A DNA stretch of 64,000 nt from Candidatus Dormiibacterota bacterium (GTDB taxonomy: Bacteria; Chloroflexota; Dormibacteria; Aeolococcales; Aeolococcaceae): NCBI GenBank assembly GCA_963718525.1, contig OY970355.1:416001-480000 (forward strand). The letters are read 5' to 3'. The stretch's first letter is position 1, and each line of letters opens with the position of its first letter. Made by a program: the position numbers and the translations under genes. The notes beneath the pieces are model-generated. The model saw only the letters and a program-made list of their open reading frames with translations. It made no database searches and had not been told where the DNA came from. Below, piece after piece: positions 38,293-48,895 of the stretch.

Positions 38293-41048
38293 TCAACCGG
38301 CGACGGCGGTGACCCTGGTTCCCAGCTCCGAATCCGGCGGGGACGGCGTTATCCCCGCGGCGAGGCGTCGTGCCGAGTCGATCTTTGCGATCAACGCTTC
38401 GGCCGCGAACGGTTTGCCCAGGTATTCGCACGCCAGATCGTAGGCGCGATTGAGCACGTCGGCACTGTCCAGGAGTCCCGTCATCACGACGACCGGCATG
38501 CGGAGGTGCGCGTCGCTCGCGCGAACGAATCCGATCAGGTCCCATCCGTCGCCGTCGGGCATGCCGATGTCGACCACCAGCACCTCCGTGCTGTGCGCAA
38601 GCTCCGCCATCGCCTCTCTGATGGTCGGCACGAGCACAGCGCGCAATCCATGCCGTTCGAGCATGCGACATGCCGTGACTCCCACCACCTCGTCGTCATC
38701 GACGACGAGGACGCGTCCCGTGGTTTCGCGATGCGCGATCGGGTCGCCGCCCGTATCGACCGGGAACACGGCTCGACCACACTCGGCGGTGTCCGCGGAC
38801 GCAAGCGACCGCTCGATGCCGTCTGCAGCCATCGGCCGCGCGTAGTAGTAGCCCTGGGCCAGCTCATACCCCGCCTGGCGCAGATGCTTCGCCTGGTCGG
38901 CGCGCTCGACGCCCTCGATGATCGTCCTCAATTGCAACGCCCTGACCATTCCGACGACGGCATCGAGAAGTCCGCTCGCGACGTGTCCGTCAGGGACATG
39001 ATCGACCAGCGATTTGTCGATCTTCACAACGGCAACGGGCAGGCGGCGCAATCTCGCCAATGACGAAGCTCCCACACCGAAGTCGTCGATCGCGATGCCG
39101 ACACCGAGCGCCTTGAGACGGCTGAGGATCCGGATCGCACCGTCCATGTCGTCCATGACCGCGGTCTCGGTCACCTCGAGGATCAGGTAGCTCGCGTCAA
39201 GCCCCGCGCTGCGAAGCGCCTCGGACACGATCGCCACCAGGTCGTCGGAGTGCAGCTGGCGCGGCGACACGTTGACGCTCATGGTGATATCGGCAGCGGC
39301 GCCATACTGGCGCTGCCAGCTCGCGAGCTGCTGGCAGGCTTCGTTCAACACCCGAGCGCCAATCGGGATGATGAGGCCGGTGCGTTCCGCAATCGGGATG
39401 AAGACGTCAGGCGGGATCACGTCGCCATCGGGATGCTTCCAGCGCGCGAGTGCTTCGACGGACATCATGCGGCCGTTGGCAAGGTCGACGATCGGCTGGT
39501 AATGGACGAGCAGATCGCCGGTGAGCCACGCGGTCCGCAGCCCGTGCTCGACGCGCATCCGCTCGGCAATGGCGGTGTGCATGTGCGGCTTGAAGAGCGC
39601 AAACCCGTTGCCGCCGGCGGATTTCGCTGCGTACATCGCCAGGTCCGCATTGCGCAGGATCTCGTCGGCCGTTTCGCCCTGTGCAGCGGTCGCGATGCCG
39701 AGGCTCGCCGCCACGGCGACTGTCGTGCTCTTCAACGCCAGGGGCAGTTCGAGGGCGGCGAGCACTCGTCTCGCCAGGACGGCGACCTGGTCGCCGGGAC
39801 CCGCTGCCAAGAGGATGGCGAACTCATCGCCACCAAGACGGGCCACGACGTCGACCTCCCGGACGCAGCTGACGATACGCCGGCCCACCTGCACCAACAC
39901 CTGATCGCCGATGCTGTGACCGAACGTGTCGTTGACCTCCTTGAAGCCATCGAGATCGAGCATCATCAGGGTCAGGGACCGGCCTGCCGTCTCGCGAGCC
40001 TCGAGCTCGTGTTCGAGACGCCGGCGGAGGAGCGTTCGGTTGGGCAGCCCGGTCAAGGAGTCGTGCGATGCCTGGTGAGCCAGCGCGTGGCCGAGTCCGA
40101 GGTTCATGTAGAGGGCGAGGTACATCCGGCTGAGCGTCAGACCGATAAGCGCCGCCATCACCAGCAGCAGCGCATCGGTCACCTGGCGCTGCTCCGACCG
40201 AAAGGCGACTGCGGCGAGGCAGGCAAGTGCCACCGGCACGATCGGTACCCAGAGCCCCGTTCTGATGGATGTGGTGCCAAATGCCGCGACCGCCTGGCGG
40301 CGGAAGCACAGGGCGTAGAGCGCGGCGATACCGAGACAGAGCAGGCCGACCACCCAGCCGTTCGCAAAGAACGACCCAGGCGCGCCGACACCGAGACCGA
40401 TCTGGTGCGTCAACTCGATGTCGGCGATGCCGATGCCAAGAATCGCAGTGCCGATGAGCAGACCGACGGGCCGCATCTTCGGCCCAACTCTGGCCACCCT
40501 CGACGCGACGAGTGTCAGAACGATCACGTCCACCACCGGCTCCGCGAGAACTCGCGACGCTCACGAGAATTGGATGGGATCCATCGATTGGGCGGATGTA
40601 TCCAGTTGCGAGGCCGACCATGAGCAGCCCGCCACCCATGAGCAGACCGTCGAAAAAGGCGACGGTCACCGCGAAGTCTCGAGGCGACCGCCCGCATGAA
40701 GATGAGCGCCCCCGCGAGTGCCAGCGGCAGTTGCACAAGGGCCGCATACGTCGAAACCGACACGACCGCGGCGGTATGGCTGGTCGCCAGCACGTTCCAG
40801 TCCGACCCCGCTTCGAGGAGGCCATAGGCCGACCAGCACAACCACGACCATCGTCGCCGGCCGCGCGATCTCGTGGCCGTGAGCAGCGCGATGCCGCCCG
40901 CAAACAGGCCCGCGCCGACCTCGGCGGCGTTGTGGAGGCGATCTTCGAAGACCGCCCCACCAACGCCGACCAGGGACGCGCCGACGAAGACGCCGATCAG
41001 AATGACGCTGACAGCCGTCACGGCCCCGAAGAGCCGGCGAGAGGACAC
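38293..41048 (-). CDS. Multi-TM GGDEF-EAL-REC signalling protein (two +1 frameshifts as assembled, near 40675 and 40550)
   Basis: Hydrophobic N-terminus runs through three successive frames; HDSLTGLPNR, ARLGGDEF, EALARW, IDDFG, EGVE; C-terminal receiver (VLVVDDD, VDIGMP, KPF). Confidence 0.85.
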
Positions 41049-41363
41049 GTCGAGCCTAGATATCGCGAGCCAGCGACCGTGCGCTACGGATGATCACGGT
41101 CAACGTCTCCTTGGTCGGCGCGACCCGCTCGCCCGATCTGGTGCTTCGAGTGCCCTCACGGTCTGTGGCAATCGCAGTCGATCGCCTTGCGAGAGCCAAT
41201 CTGCGATGAGCCTCAGGCGCCCGTCTGTTCGACAGCGTACCTACGGAAAGCGCCCATCGACGCTCGTTCAACACTGTCACAACCGTCACCTTCGCGTCCC
41301 CGGTTCCGGATCCAGCCGGGCGGGTTTTGTGTCACCCGCGTGTCTGGGTGATTCGCCGTCGCT

Positions 41364-41372
41364 TGCTAGACT
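41364..41372 (+). promoter_or_regulatory. Extended -10 element (leaderless start)
   Basis: TGcTAGACT ends 6 nt before the GTG at 41379. Confidence 0.55.
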
Positions 41373-41378
41373 TCGAGC

Positions 41379-41567
41379 GTGGCGAAATGGGTGGTGCTCC
41401 ATCTGGATTCAGATGACGCGTCGACGTACATCAACGTTGACGAGGTGACCCAGGTTCGCCAGATCGCCACCGGCTCCACGCGTATCTCCTTCACCAACGG
41501 GACGGACGTGTCAGTGCGTGAAGACGCGCCCATCGTGATCGCCGCCTTCCGTCGCAACTCGATCTAA
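41379..41567 (+). CDS. Small protein, FlbD/SwrD-like pattern
   Basis: 62 aa with YINVDEV..V.....TRISFTNG..V.VRE; has its own -10 element. Confidence 0.7.
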   Translation: MAKWVVLHLDSDDASTYINVDEVTQVRQIATGSTRISFTNGTDVSVREDAPIVIAAFRRNSI

Positions 41568-41655
41568 CGCCTGAGCCGCTTCCTGGCGGCCGTCATCGCC
41601 GTGGGAGTGGGGCGTCCGCCGGCGGCATGGCCTCTGTGGCAGCATGGGGCGGCTC

Positions 41656-42756
41656 ATGACCACGCCGACGCTGCTCATGATCCCCGGACCGACGCCGGTG
41701 GCACCCGCCGTGCTGGCGGCGCTCGCCGAGCCCGTGCGGAACCATACCGGCCCTGAAAACGCCGCGACGATGCTCCGCATCCAGGCGGGAATCCGTCAAC
41801 TGGCCGGCTCGGAACAGGCTCGGGTCTACTGCTTCGCAGGAGCGGGGACGCTTGCGATGGAGGTGGCGCTCGTCAATCACGCCGCGCCCGGTGATCGCGT
41901 TGCGGTCGTCACCCACGGCTATTTCGGTGATCGCTTCGCAGAGGTCGCCGGCGCGCTCGGCATGCACGCCGATGTGCTGCGGGTTGACTGGGGCGACCAT
42001 GCCGACCCTGAGGCGGTGCGAGACCTCATCAGCGGCGGCGACCCACCGGCGGTGGTCTGCATCACGCATGTCGACACCAGCAGCGGGGTCATGGCCGACT
42101 GCGCAGCGCTCGTCACCATGGTCCGTTCCGGCGCACCGGAGGCAGTCGTCGTGCTCGACGGTGTGTGTGCGACCGGCGGCATCGAGGAGACGATGGATGC
42201 GTGGGACATCGACGTCCTGATCACCGGTGCGCAGAAGGCACTCAGCGTGCCGCCGGGGCTGGCGATCGTCGCGATATCCGAGCGAGCACGCCGGCGACGC
42301 GAGTCGCTCGGTGACGTGCGTGCGTACTACGCCGACCTCCGCCGCTGGGATGCATCGGTAGATGATCCGCGCAAATACTTCTCGACGCACTCGGTCTCAT
42401 TGCTTCGCGCGCTCGAGCAGTCACTCGACGGCATCCTGACCGAGGGACTCCCTGCTCGTTACGAGCGACACCGGCGCGTCGCCGGAATGATCCGCGACGG
42501 CATGCGAGAGCTCGGGTTCGTTCCGCTCACCAGACCCGAGCACCTCGCGCCGACCTTGAGCGTCCTGGCGCTCCCCGACGGCGTCGACGACGCGAAGCTT
42601 CGCGCCGGCATGGCCGAGCGCGGCGTGGTGATCGCTCCGTGCCTCGGACCATGGGCAGGACGCGGCGTGCGCATCGGGCACATGGGAACGGTCACCGAGG
42701 CGGAGGCTGCGCGCACCATCGACGCCGCGGCGGTGGCGGCGGGCACGCATGCTTGA
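41656..42756 (+). CDS. Alanine/serine-glyoxylate aminotransferase (class V PLP)
   Basis: LLMIPGPTPV, GAGT.AME, THVDTSSG, GAQKALSVPPG, RIGHMG; alternative start at 41644. Confidence 0.92.
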   Translation: MTTPTLLMIPGPTPVAPAVLAALAEPVRNHTGPENAATMLRIQAGIRQLAGSEQARVYCFAGAGTLAMEVALVNHAAPGDRVAVVTHGYFGDRFAEVAGALGMHADVLRVDWGDHADPEAVRDLISGGDPPAVVCITHVDTSSGVMADCAALVTMVRSGAPEAVVVLDGVCATGGIEETMDAWDIDVLITGAQKALSVPPGLAIVAISERARRRRESLGDVRAYYADLRRWDASVDDPRKYFSTHSVSLLRALEQSLDGILTEGLPARYERHRRVAGMIRDGMRELGFVPLTRPEHLAPTLSVLALPDGVDDAKLRAGMAERGVVIAPCLGPWAGRGVRIGHMGTVTEAEAARTIDAAAVAAGTHA

Positions 42757-44200
42757 CCGCGCACTGGTCGATCGCCTGCGCGACGCGGTCGGCAACGAGG
42801 GCATCATCATGTCGCCCGCGGCGTTGCAGACGTACGCATGCGACGGCCTCACCGGGCGGCGTGTCTCCCCAGCGGCAGTCGTGCTGCCACTCACCACCGA
42901 GCAGGTGGCACAGGCAGTGCGAGCGTGTGCCGAGGCGAACGCTCCGTTTGTGGCTCGTGGCGCCGGCACCGGCCTGTCCGGTGGCGCTCTGCCCGTCGCC
43001 GACGAAGTCGTCATCGGACTCAGTCGCATGCGCGCCATCATCGGCATCGACCTCGAGAATCAACAGGTGACCGTGCAGCCCGGAGTCACGAACCTCGAGG
43101 TGAGCAAGGCGGTGCGGCCGCTCGGGTATTTCTATGCACCGGATCCGTCGTCACAGCAGGTCTGCACCATCGGCGGTAACGTCGCCGAGAACTCCGGTGG
43201 CGCCCACTGCCTGAAGTACGGATTCACGACGCACCACGTCCTCGGTGCGACGTTCGTCACCCCACGCGGCGAGGTTGCCCGCCTCGGTGGCGAGGTGCGT
43301 GATGCGGCGGGCTACGACCTGCTCGGAGTCGTGATCGGCAGCGAGGGGACCCTCGGCATCGTGACCGAGGTCGTGCTACGGATCGTGCGCGTCCCCGAGT
43401 TGACTGAGACCCTGCTCGCCGCCTTCTCGACGATGGGTGACGCGGGTGAGGCGGTGTCGCGGATCATCGCCGCCGGCATCACTCCGGCGGCGATCGAGAT
43501 GATGGATCGCCTCGCCATCCAGGCGTGCGAGGAGATCGTCCACGCGGGCTATCCGGACTGCGGCGCCGCGCTGATCGTCGAGCTCGATGGGCCTGATGTC
43601 GAGTCCGCGGCGTTTCTCCGCGAGGTCATCGATATCTGCACAGCAAGCGGCGCCAACGAGACACGGGTGGCGGCCAGCGAAGCAGAGCGCGCATTGATCT
43701 GGAAAGCCCGCAAGGCTGCGTTCGCCTCGATGGGACGGATCAGCCCGAACTACTACGTCCAGGACGGGGTGATCCCGCGCACGCGACTCCGCGAGGTCCT
43801 CGAATCCATCAGCGCACTCTCGGCGAGGTATGGGCTCCGCGTCGCCAACGTCTTCCACGCAGGTGATGGCAATCTCCATCCCCTCGTGCTGTACGACAGC
43901 TCGGAGCCGGATGCGGGGGAACGTGCGCTCGAGCTGGCCGGGCTGATCCTCGAGTCCTGCATCAGCGCCGGTGGCTCGATCACCGGTGAGCACGGCGTCG
44001 GCTCCGACAAGGCGTGCTACATGCCCAAGATGTTCAGTCCCGGCTCCATCGCAGTGATGGGACGCGTCCGCGATGCATTCGACCCGGGCGATCTCTGCAA
44101 TCCGGGCAAGGCGCTTCCGACCCCGCGGCTCTGTGGCGAGGTCCCCGGAATGTATCGCCCGCACGTGATCGAGATGGCGGGATTGGCAGAGCGCCTATGA
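42749..44200 (+). CDS. glcD: Glycolate oxidase FAD subunit
   Basis: ARGAGTGLSGGA, PDPSSQ, GGAHCLKYG, GSEGTLG, HAGDGNLHP, GEHGVG. Confidence 0.92.
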   Translation: MLDRALVDRLRDAVGNEGIIMSPAALQTYACDGLTGRRVSPAAVVLPLTTEQVAQAVRACAEANAPFVARGAGTGLSGGALPVADEVVIGLSRMRAIIGIDLENQQVTVQPGVTNLEVSKAVRPLGYFYAPDPSSQQVCTIGGNVAENSGGAHCLKYGFTTHHVLGATFVTPRGEVARLGGEVRDAAGYDLLGVVIGSEGTLGIVTEVVLRIVRVPELTETLLAAFSTMGDAGEAVSRIIAAGITPAAIEMMDRLAIQACEEIVHAGYPDCGAALIVELDGPDVESAAFLREVIDICTASGANETRVAASEAERALIWKARKAAFASMGRISPNYYVQDGVIPRTRLREVLESISALSARYGLRVANVFHAGDGNLHPLVLYDSSEPDAGERALELAGLILESCISAGGSITGEHGVGSDKACYMPKMFSPGSIAVMGRVRDAFDPGDLCNPGKALPTPRLCGEVPGMYRPHVIEMAGLAERL

Positions 44201-45417
44201 CGGTCTCCACCGCGCAGGAGCTTCGGCTCTTCGGTGAGCTGGTCGGCTCGGCCCACGTTCGGGCCGGGGGGACGGACGATGCCGTCGGTGGCGTGGTGCC
44301 GAACCTGGTGGTGACGCCCGGCGACGAGGGCGAGGTCGCGTCCGTCCTCTCGGCCGTGACTGCGTGCGGACTGACCGTCGTCGCTCGCGGAGGCGGCACC
44401 AAGATCAACTGGGGCTCGCCGCCGGAACGGTGCGACGTCGTGCTGTCGACCACGCGAATCGAAGGAATCGTGGATCACGAGCCCGCGGACCTGGTCTGCG
44501 TCGTCCGAGCCGGATCGACGCTCAGCGTGGTGCAGGAGCAGCTCGCAGCGGCCCCGGGTTTCCAGCAACGCCTCATGCTCGATCCGCCCCACGGCGCCGC
44601 CGCGACCATCGGGGGCGTGGTGGCCACGGCCGCGAGCGGCCCGCTGCGCACCCGCTTCGGGACCCCGCGGGATCTCGTCATCGGCGCGAGCTTCGTCCTT
44701 TCGGATGGAACCAGGGGAAGGAGCGGTGGCAAGGTCGTGAAGAACGTGGCCGGCTTCGACGTCGCCAAGCTTCTGGTGGGTTCACTTGGCAGCCTCGCAG
44801 TGATCACCGAGGTGGCGTTCCGCCTCCACCCCGTGCCGGCTGCGTCCCGCACGGTGCTGTTCGAGTCGCGCTCCGCCTCTGACCTCTGCGAGTTCGCGAT
44901 GCGAGTGGGCAGGCTGCAAGTGACGCCCAGTGTGGTCGATCTCCACTGGCCCCGGGGCGTGGTTGTGGCCCGCTTCGACAGCTCAGAGCGGGGCGCTTCC
45001 GTCCAGGCCGAGCGCGTCGTCAAGGAGTGTGGCGGGCATATCCTCGCCGCCGGTGAGGAGGCGGCGCTGACCGCAGCTCTCCGGGACGAACCATGGACCG
45101 GCTCCGGAGCGGTGGGCGCGATCGCTGTACTGCCTTCGCTGGTCAGTCAGTTTCTGTCGTCAATGTCCGCTACATGTGACGCCATTGCGTTGCGTCCCCT
45201 GCTCGGCACCGGAGAGGTCCGCTTCCCCACGGAAGCCACGGAGATGGTTCGTGCTGCGTTGCGCACGACCGGCGGCCGCCTGATGCTCCGGCGTGGCGAC
45301 GCGCCGAGGGCGGCCGAGCCGGACGATGCGGTGGCCCTCGATCTCATGCGTTCCGTGAAACTGCAGCTCGATCCCGCACGCACGCTGAGCCCGGGGCGTC
45401 AGGTGGGTGGCATCTGA
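44197..45417 (+). CDS. glcE: Glycolate oxidase FAD-binding subunit
   Basis: GGGTK, HEPADL, ATIGG, SGGKVVKNVAGFD, GSLG.L. Confidence 0.9.
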   Translation: MTVSTAQELRLFGELVGSAHVRAGGTDDAVGGVVPNLVVTPGDEGEVASVLSAVTACGLTVVARGGGTKINWGSPPERCDVVLSTTRIEGIVDHEPADLVCVVRAGSTLSVVQEQLAAAPGFQQRLMLDPPHGAAATIGGVVATAASGPLRTRFGTPRDLVIGASFVLSDGTRGRSGGKVVKNVAGFDVAKLLVGSLGSLAVITEVAFRLHPVPAASRTVLFESRSASDLCEFAMRVGRLQVTPSVVDLHWPRGVVVARFDSSERGASVQAERVVKECGGHILAAGEEAALTAALRDEPWTGSGAVGAIAVLPSLVSQFLSSMSATCDAIALRPLLGTGEVRFPTEATEMVRAALRTTGGRLMLRRGDAPRAAEPDDAVALDLMRSVKLQLDPARTLSPGRQVGGI

Positions 45418-46807
45418 GGTGGCCGCGGTGAGCTCCGGTCCACCTCGAGTCCTGGGGCACCCGCGCGGGGATGCGGCGACCCGGGCTTTTGACGACCACC
45501 ACCCTCCGGATCCGGCGCTCGTCGCGGACTGCGTCCATTGCGGATTCTGTCTCCCGGCGTGCCCGACCTATCTGCTGTGGGGCGAGGAGATGGATTCGCC
45601 TCGTGGTCGCATTCTGCTCATGGATCTGGCTGCGCGTGGCCAGGTCGGCATGGAGCAGGAGGTGGTGCTGCACTGGGATGCGTGTCTCGGCTGCATGGCA
45701 TGCGTCGATGCGTGTCCCTCCGGAGTGCAGTACAACCGCCTCATCGAGCAGGTCCGTCCGCAGGTGGAGCGGCGCTTCGCTCGCGGTTGGCGCGCTCGCG
45801 CCTCGCGCGCTGCGCTCTTTGCGGTGCTCCCCCACCCGCGACGGATGCGGAGCGTCGCTACCGCCGTCGCCGTCACCCAGGCGCTCGGGCTCCGCAAGGC
45901 GCTGCGGCTACGAGCGGTGCAACGCCTGGTGCCGAAGACCCTGCTGCGCCTCGACGACATGGCCCCGTCGTTGCGCTTCGCCGAGCTTTCGATACGGGCG
46001 CCGCGCCACCTCACACCGGTGGGGCGGCGAGCCTTGCGAGTCGCATTGCTCACAGGATGCGTCCAGGATGCCTTCTTCGCACACGTCAATCGAGCGACCG
46101 CGCGTGTGCTCGCCGCCCACGGCTGCGAGGTGCTCGTGCCGCCCGCACAGAGTTGCTGCGGGGCGCTCGAGCTCCACGCTGGACGGGAGCGACCCGCGTT
46201 GCAGCGAATGCGCAACCTCATCGCTCAAATGGAGGCGCTCGACGTCGACCGCATCGTCGTGAACACCGCCGGCTGCGGCTCTGCGATGAAGGAGTACGGA
46301 GCGCTCCTCGCCGACGATCCGTTCTGGGCCACACGGGCTGCGAGTTTCTCGGCGCGGGTTCGCGACGTGATGGAGCTGATCGCAGATCTCGAGGTGCACC
46401 TCCCCTTCCGGCTCCATCCCCTGCCCGCGCGAGTGGCGTACCACGATGCCTGCCACCTCGTGCACGCGCAGGGCGTGCGCGTCCAGCCGCGCGCGGCGCT
46501 CGGCCGGATCCCGGATCTCGAGCTCGTCGACCTCCGGGAATCGGACGTCTGCTGCGGGAGCGCGGGAATCTACAACCTCGTTGCCCCGCAGGCCGCCGAC
46601 GATCTCGGCAATCGCAAGGCGGCACACGTCGTCGCGAGTGGCGCGGAGCTGCTCGCCGCGGGCAATGGCGGCTGCCTGCTCCAGATCCAGGCAGGAATGC
46701 GGCGTGCGGGACATCCGCTGCCAGTGGTCCACCCGGTGGAACTGCTCGATGCGTCCATCCGCGGGCTCCCCGTGACCCAATTGCTCGGCGGGTCGCGCCG
46801 CCGCTGA
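45407..46807 (+). CDS. glcF: Glycolate oxidase Fe-S subunit
   Basis: CVHCGFCLPACPTY, CLGCMACVDACPSG, CCG domains, YHDACHL.H.Q, CCGSAGIYN. Confidence 0.93.
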   Translation: MASEVAAVSSGPPRVLGHPRGDAATRAFDDHHPPDPALVADCVHCGFCLPACPTYLLWGEEMDSPRGRILLMDLAARGQVGMEQEVVLHWDACLGCMACVDACPSGVQYNRLIEQVRPQVERRFARGWRARASRAALFAVLPHPRRMRSVATAVAVTQALGLRKALRLRAVQRLVPKTLLRLDDMAPSLRFAELSIRAPRHLTPVGRRALRVALLTGCVQDAFFAHVNRATARVLAAHGCEVLVPPAQSCCGALELHAGRERPALQRMRNLIAQMEALDVDRIVVNTAGCGSAMKEYGALLADDPFWATRAASFSARVRDVMELIADLEVHLPFRLHPLPARVAYHDACHLVHAQGVRVQPRAALGRIPDLELVDLRESDVCCGSAGIYNLVAPQAADDLGNRKAAHVVASGAELLAAGNGGCLLQIQAGMRRAGHPLPVVHPVELLDASIRGLPVTQLLGGSRRR

Positions 46808-46844
46808 CGGTGGGCGAGCCAGCCATGCATGCGGTGTTCGGCAG

Positions 46845-48002
46845 ATGACACGCGACCGCCAGTCCCGCGTGGTCGTTGTCGGCGCGGGCGCGATCGGCCT
46901 TGCGGTTGCGCTGCAGCTCCGCCGCGCGGGCGTCGACAACGTGGTGGTGATCGACCGCAACGCAACCCCCGGGATGGGCTCGACCAGCCGCGCCAACGGC
47001 GGCGTCAGAGCGCAGTTCACGACGCCGGTGAACATCGCCTTTTCCCAGTACACGATCGCGAAGCTCCGCGAGTTGCACGAGCTCTCCGGCGCACGAGTTG
47101 GGTTCCGCGCTGTCGGCTACCTCTTCCTGACAGGGACCGATGCCGGAGAGATTGGATTGCGGCGCAGTTGGGAGCTGCAGCGGTCGCTCGGTGTCGATGT
47201 CCAATGGCTTTCGGCCGCCGACGTCATGATCACCGCGCCGTTCGTCAAGGTGGATGGGCTGGCGGCCGCGACGTTCTGTGCCGGCGATGGTGTCATCGAC
47301 CCGCACGGGGTGGTGAGCGCGCTCTGGAGCGAGTGTCTGCGTCTCGACACCACGTTCCTCCTCGACACGGAGGCGATCGGCCTGACCGGAGGCGCAGGCG
47401 CGGTCGTGCACACCACGAGCGGAGACATCGAGACCGAGTTCGTCGTCAACGCTGCGGGGCCGTTCGCCCGCGAGCTGGCGTCAGGCGCGGGCGTTGACCT
47501 TCCGGTGACATCGCGACGGAGAAATCTTGCGTGCACGGAGGCCGTCGCCGGCATTCCGGCTGCGATTCCGATGTGCGTCGACAATGACACCGGCCTGCTC
47601 ATCCGTCGAGAGGGCGCGGGAATCCTCATCGGCTTCTCGGATCCGGACGACCCCCCGAGCATGGAGACCGCATTCGACCCCGCATTTCTGGATGCCATCG
47701 CCGCGCGCATCGGCAACAGATTCCCGTTTCTCGAGGACGTCCCGATCAGCCCGCGGAAGTGCTGGGCCGGTCTCTATCCCGAAACACCTGACCATCACGC
47801 AATCGTCGACGCGCCTGCCGCGGCACCGTGGTTCATCCAGTGTGCGGGCTTCGGCGGGCACGGCATCATGCATTCATTCGCGGCGGGGCAGGCGGTCACC
47901 GAGTTGATCACCAACGGCGAATCCACGAGCTTCGACCTGCGTCCCCTGCGCTTGAGCCGCTTCAGCGAGCCCGGAGCGATCGTCGAGACCGCGGTGCTCT
48001 AG
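46845..48002 (+). CDS. FAD-dependent amine oxidoreductase (sarcosine oxidase beta / DAO family)
   Basis: VVGAGAIG, GST.RANGGVRAQF, WAGLY..TPDH, GFGGHGIM. Confidence 0.88.
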   Translation: MTRDRQSRVVVVGAGAIGLAVALQLRRAGVDNVVVIDRNATPGMGSTSRANGGVRAQFTTPVNIAFSQYTIAKLRELHELSGARVGFRAVGYLFLTGTDAGEIGLRRSWELQRSLGVDVQWLSAADVMITAPFVKVDGLAAATFCAGDGVIDPHGVVSALWSECLRLDTTFLLDTEAIGLTGGAGAVVHTTSGDIETEFVVNAAGPFARELASGAGVDLPVTSRRRNLACTEAVAGIPAAIPMCVDNDTGLLIRREGAGILIGFSDPDDPPSMETAFDPAFLDAIAARIGNRFPFLEDVPISPRKCWAGLYPETPDHHAIVDAPAAAPWFIQCAGFGGHGIMHSFAAGQAVTELITNGESTSFDLRPLRLSRFSEPGAIVETAVL

Positions 48003-48892
48003 GCCGCGAGCAGCGCCGCGATCTCGCCCGCAGGGTCGCTCATCACCGCGCGGAGCGAGTTGCGCTGTGCATCGTCCAGCGTCAGCAGCGGGGGCCTCAC
48101 CGCATCCTCGATCGCGACCCCGCGACGTTGCAGGATGAACTTCAGGGCGGACTGAAAGGGGAAGGGTTCGATTGCGGCTCGAGCACGCGCGGCGCGAGCG
48201 CTCGCCTCTGGGGTGGCGGACCGGACCGCATCGATGGTCAATTCGGGCAGCGCGGCGGCGAGACCCGAGACGGATCCCACCGCTCCCCATGTCAGCCCTT
48301 GGCTGATCAGGCCCTCCGCGCCGATGAAGACGTCGAGGCCGTCGATGAGATAGGGCGTGACGAGGTCGAAGGTCGAGTCGGAGACCTTGAGCCCGGCCAG
48401 ATTCGGTGCCGTGGACCGAAGTCGCTCGACCACCTCGAGCGGAACGGCGTACCCGCTCCTCGCCGCGAACTCGTAGATGTAGAACGGGAGCGGCGCGCAT
48501 GCATGTGCCGCTGTATCGAGGTGGCGCCAGACCGCCTCGGCGTCGAGCGCGAAATACGGAGGCGGGATCACCGCGACCCCCGCGGCACCATGACTCGCGG
48601 CATGTTCGGCGAGGATCGCCGTCTCGTGCGTGGTCTGCGCTCCACAATGCACCACCACGGCGAGGCGGTGGTGCGCCGACGTCACGAATTCGTCCGCGGC
48701 AAAGCGGCGTTCGTCGGCGGAGAACAGGATCCCCTCGCCGGTCGTGCCCATTGCCAGGATGCCGTCGAGACCGGCCCGAGCGTAGAAGTCCACCACGGCT
48801 CCGATCCCATCGCCGTCGACGGTGCCATCCACGCCGGTGAGCGGCGTCACCGCCGCTGCGAGGGTTCCCTGCACGCGACTCGGCGATTCCAT
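47999..48892 (-). CDS. Dihydrodipicolinate synthase / N-acetylneuraminate lyase family aldolase
   Basis: VTP, GTTGE, PPPYF, catalytic Tyr (YIY) and Schiff-base Lys (GLKVS). Confidence 0.9.
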   Translation of the reverse strand: MESPSRVQGTLAAAVTPLTGVDGTVDGDGIGAVVDFYARAGLDGILAMGTTGEGILFSADERRFAADEFVTSAHHRLAVVVHCGAQTTHETAILAEHAASHGAAGVAVIPPPYFALDAEAVWRHLDTAAHACAPLPFYIYEFAARSGYAVPLEVVERLRSTAPNLAGLKVSDSTFDLVTPYLIDGLDVFIGAEGLISQGLTWGAVGSVSGLAAALPELTIDAVRSATPEASARAARARAAIEPFPFQSALKFILQRRGVAIEDAVRPPLLTLDDAQRNSLRAVMSDPAGEIAALLAA

Positions 48893-48895
48893 GAC

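Noticed and set aside
41049-41363. Intergenic region with short GTCAC repeats and ORF 41056-41289
   Set aside because: I recognise no RNA family, the repeat spacing does not fit a known promoter, and the ORF has no protein-like features.
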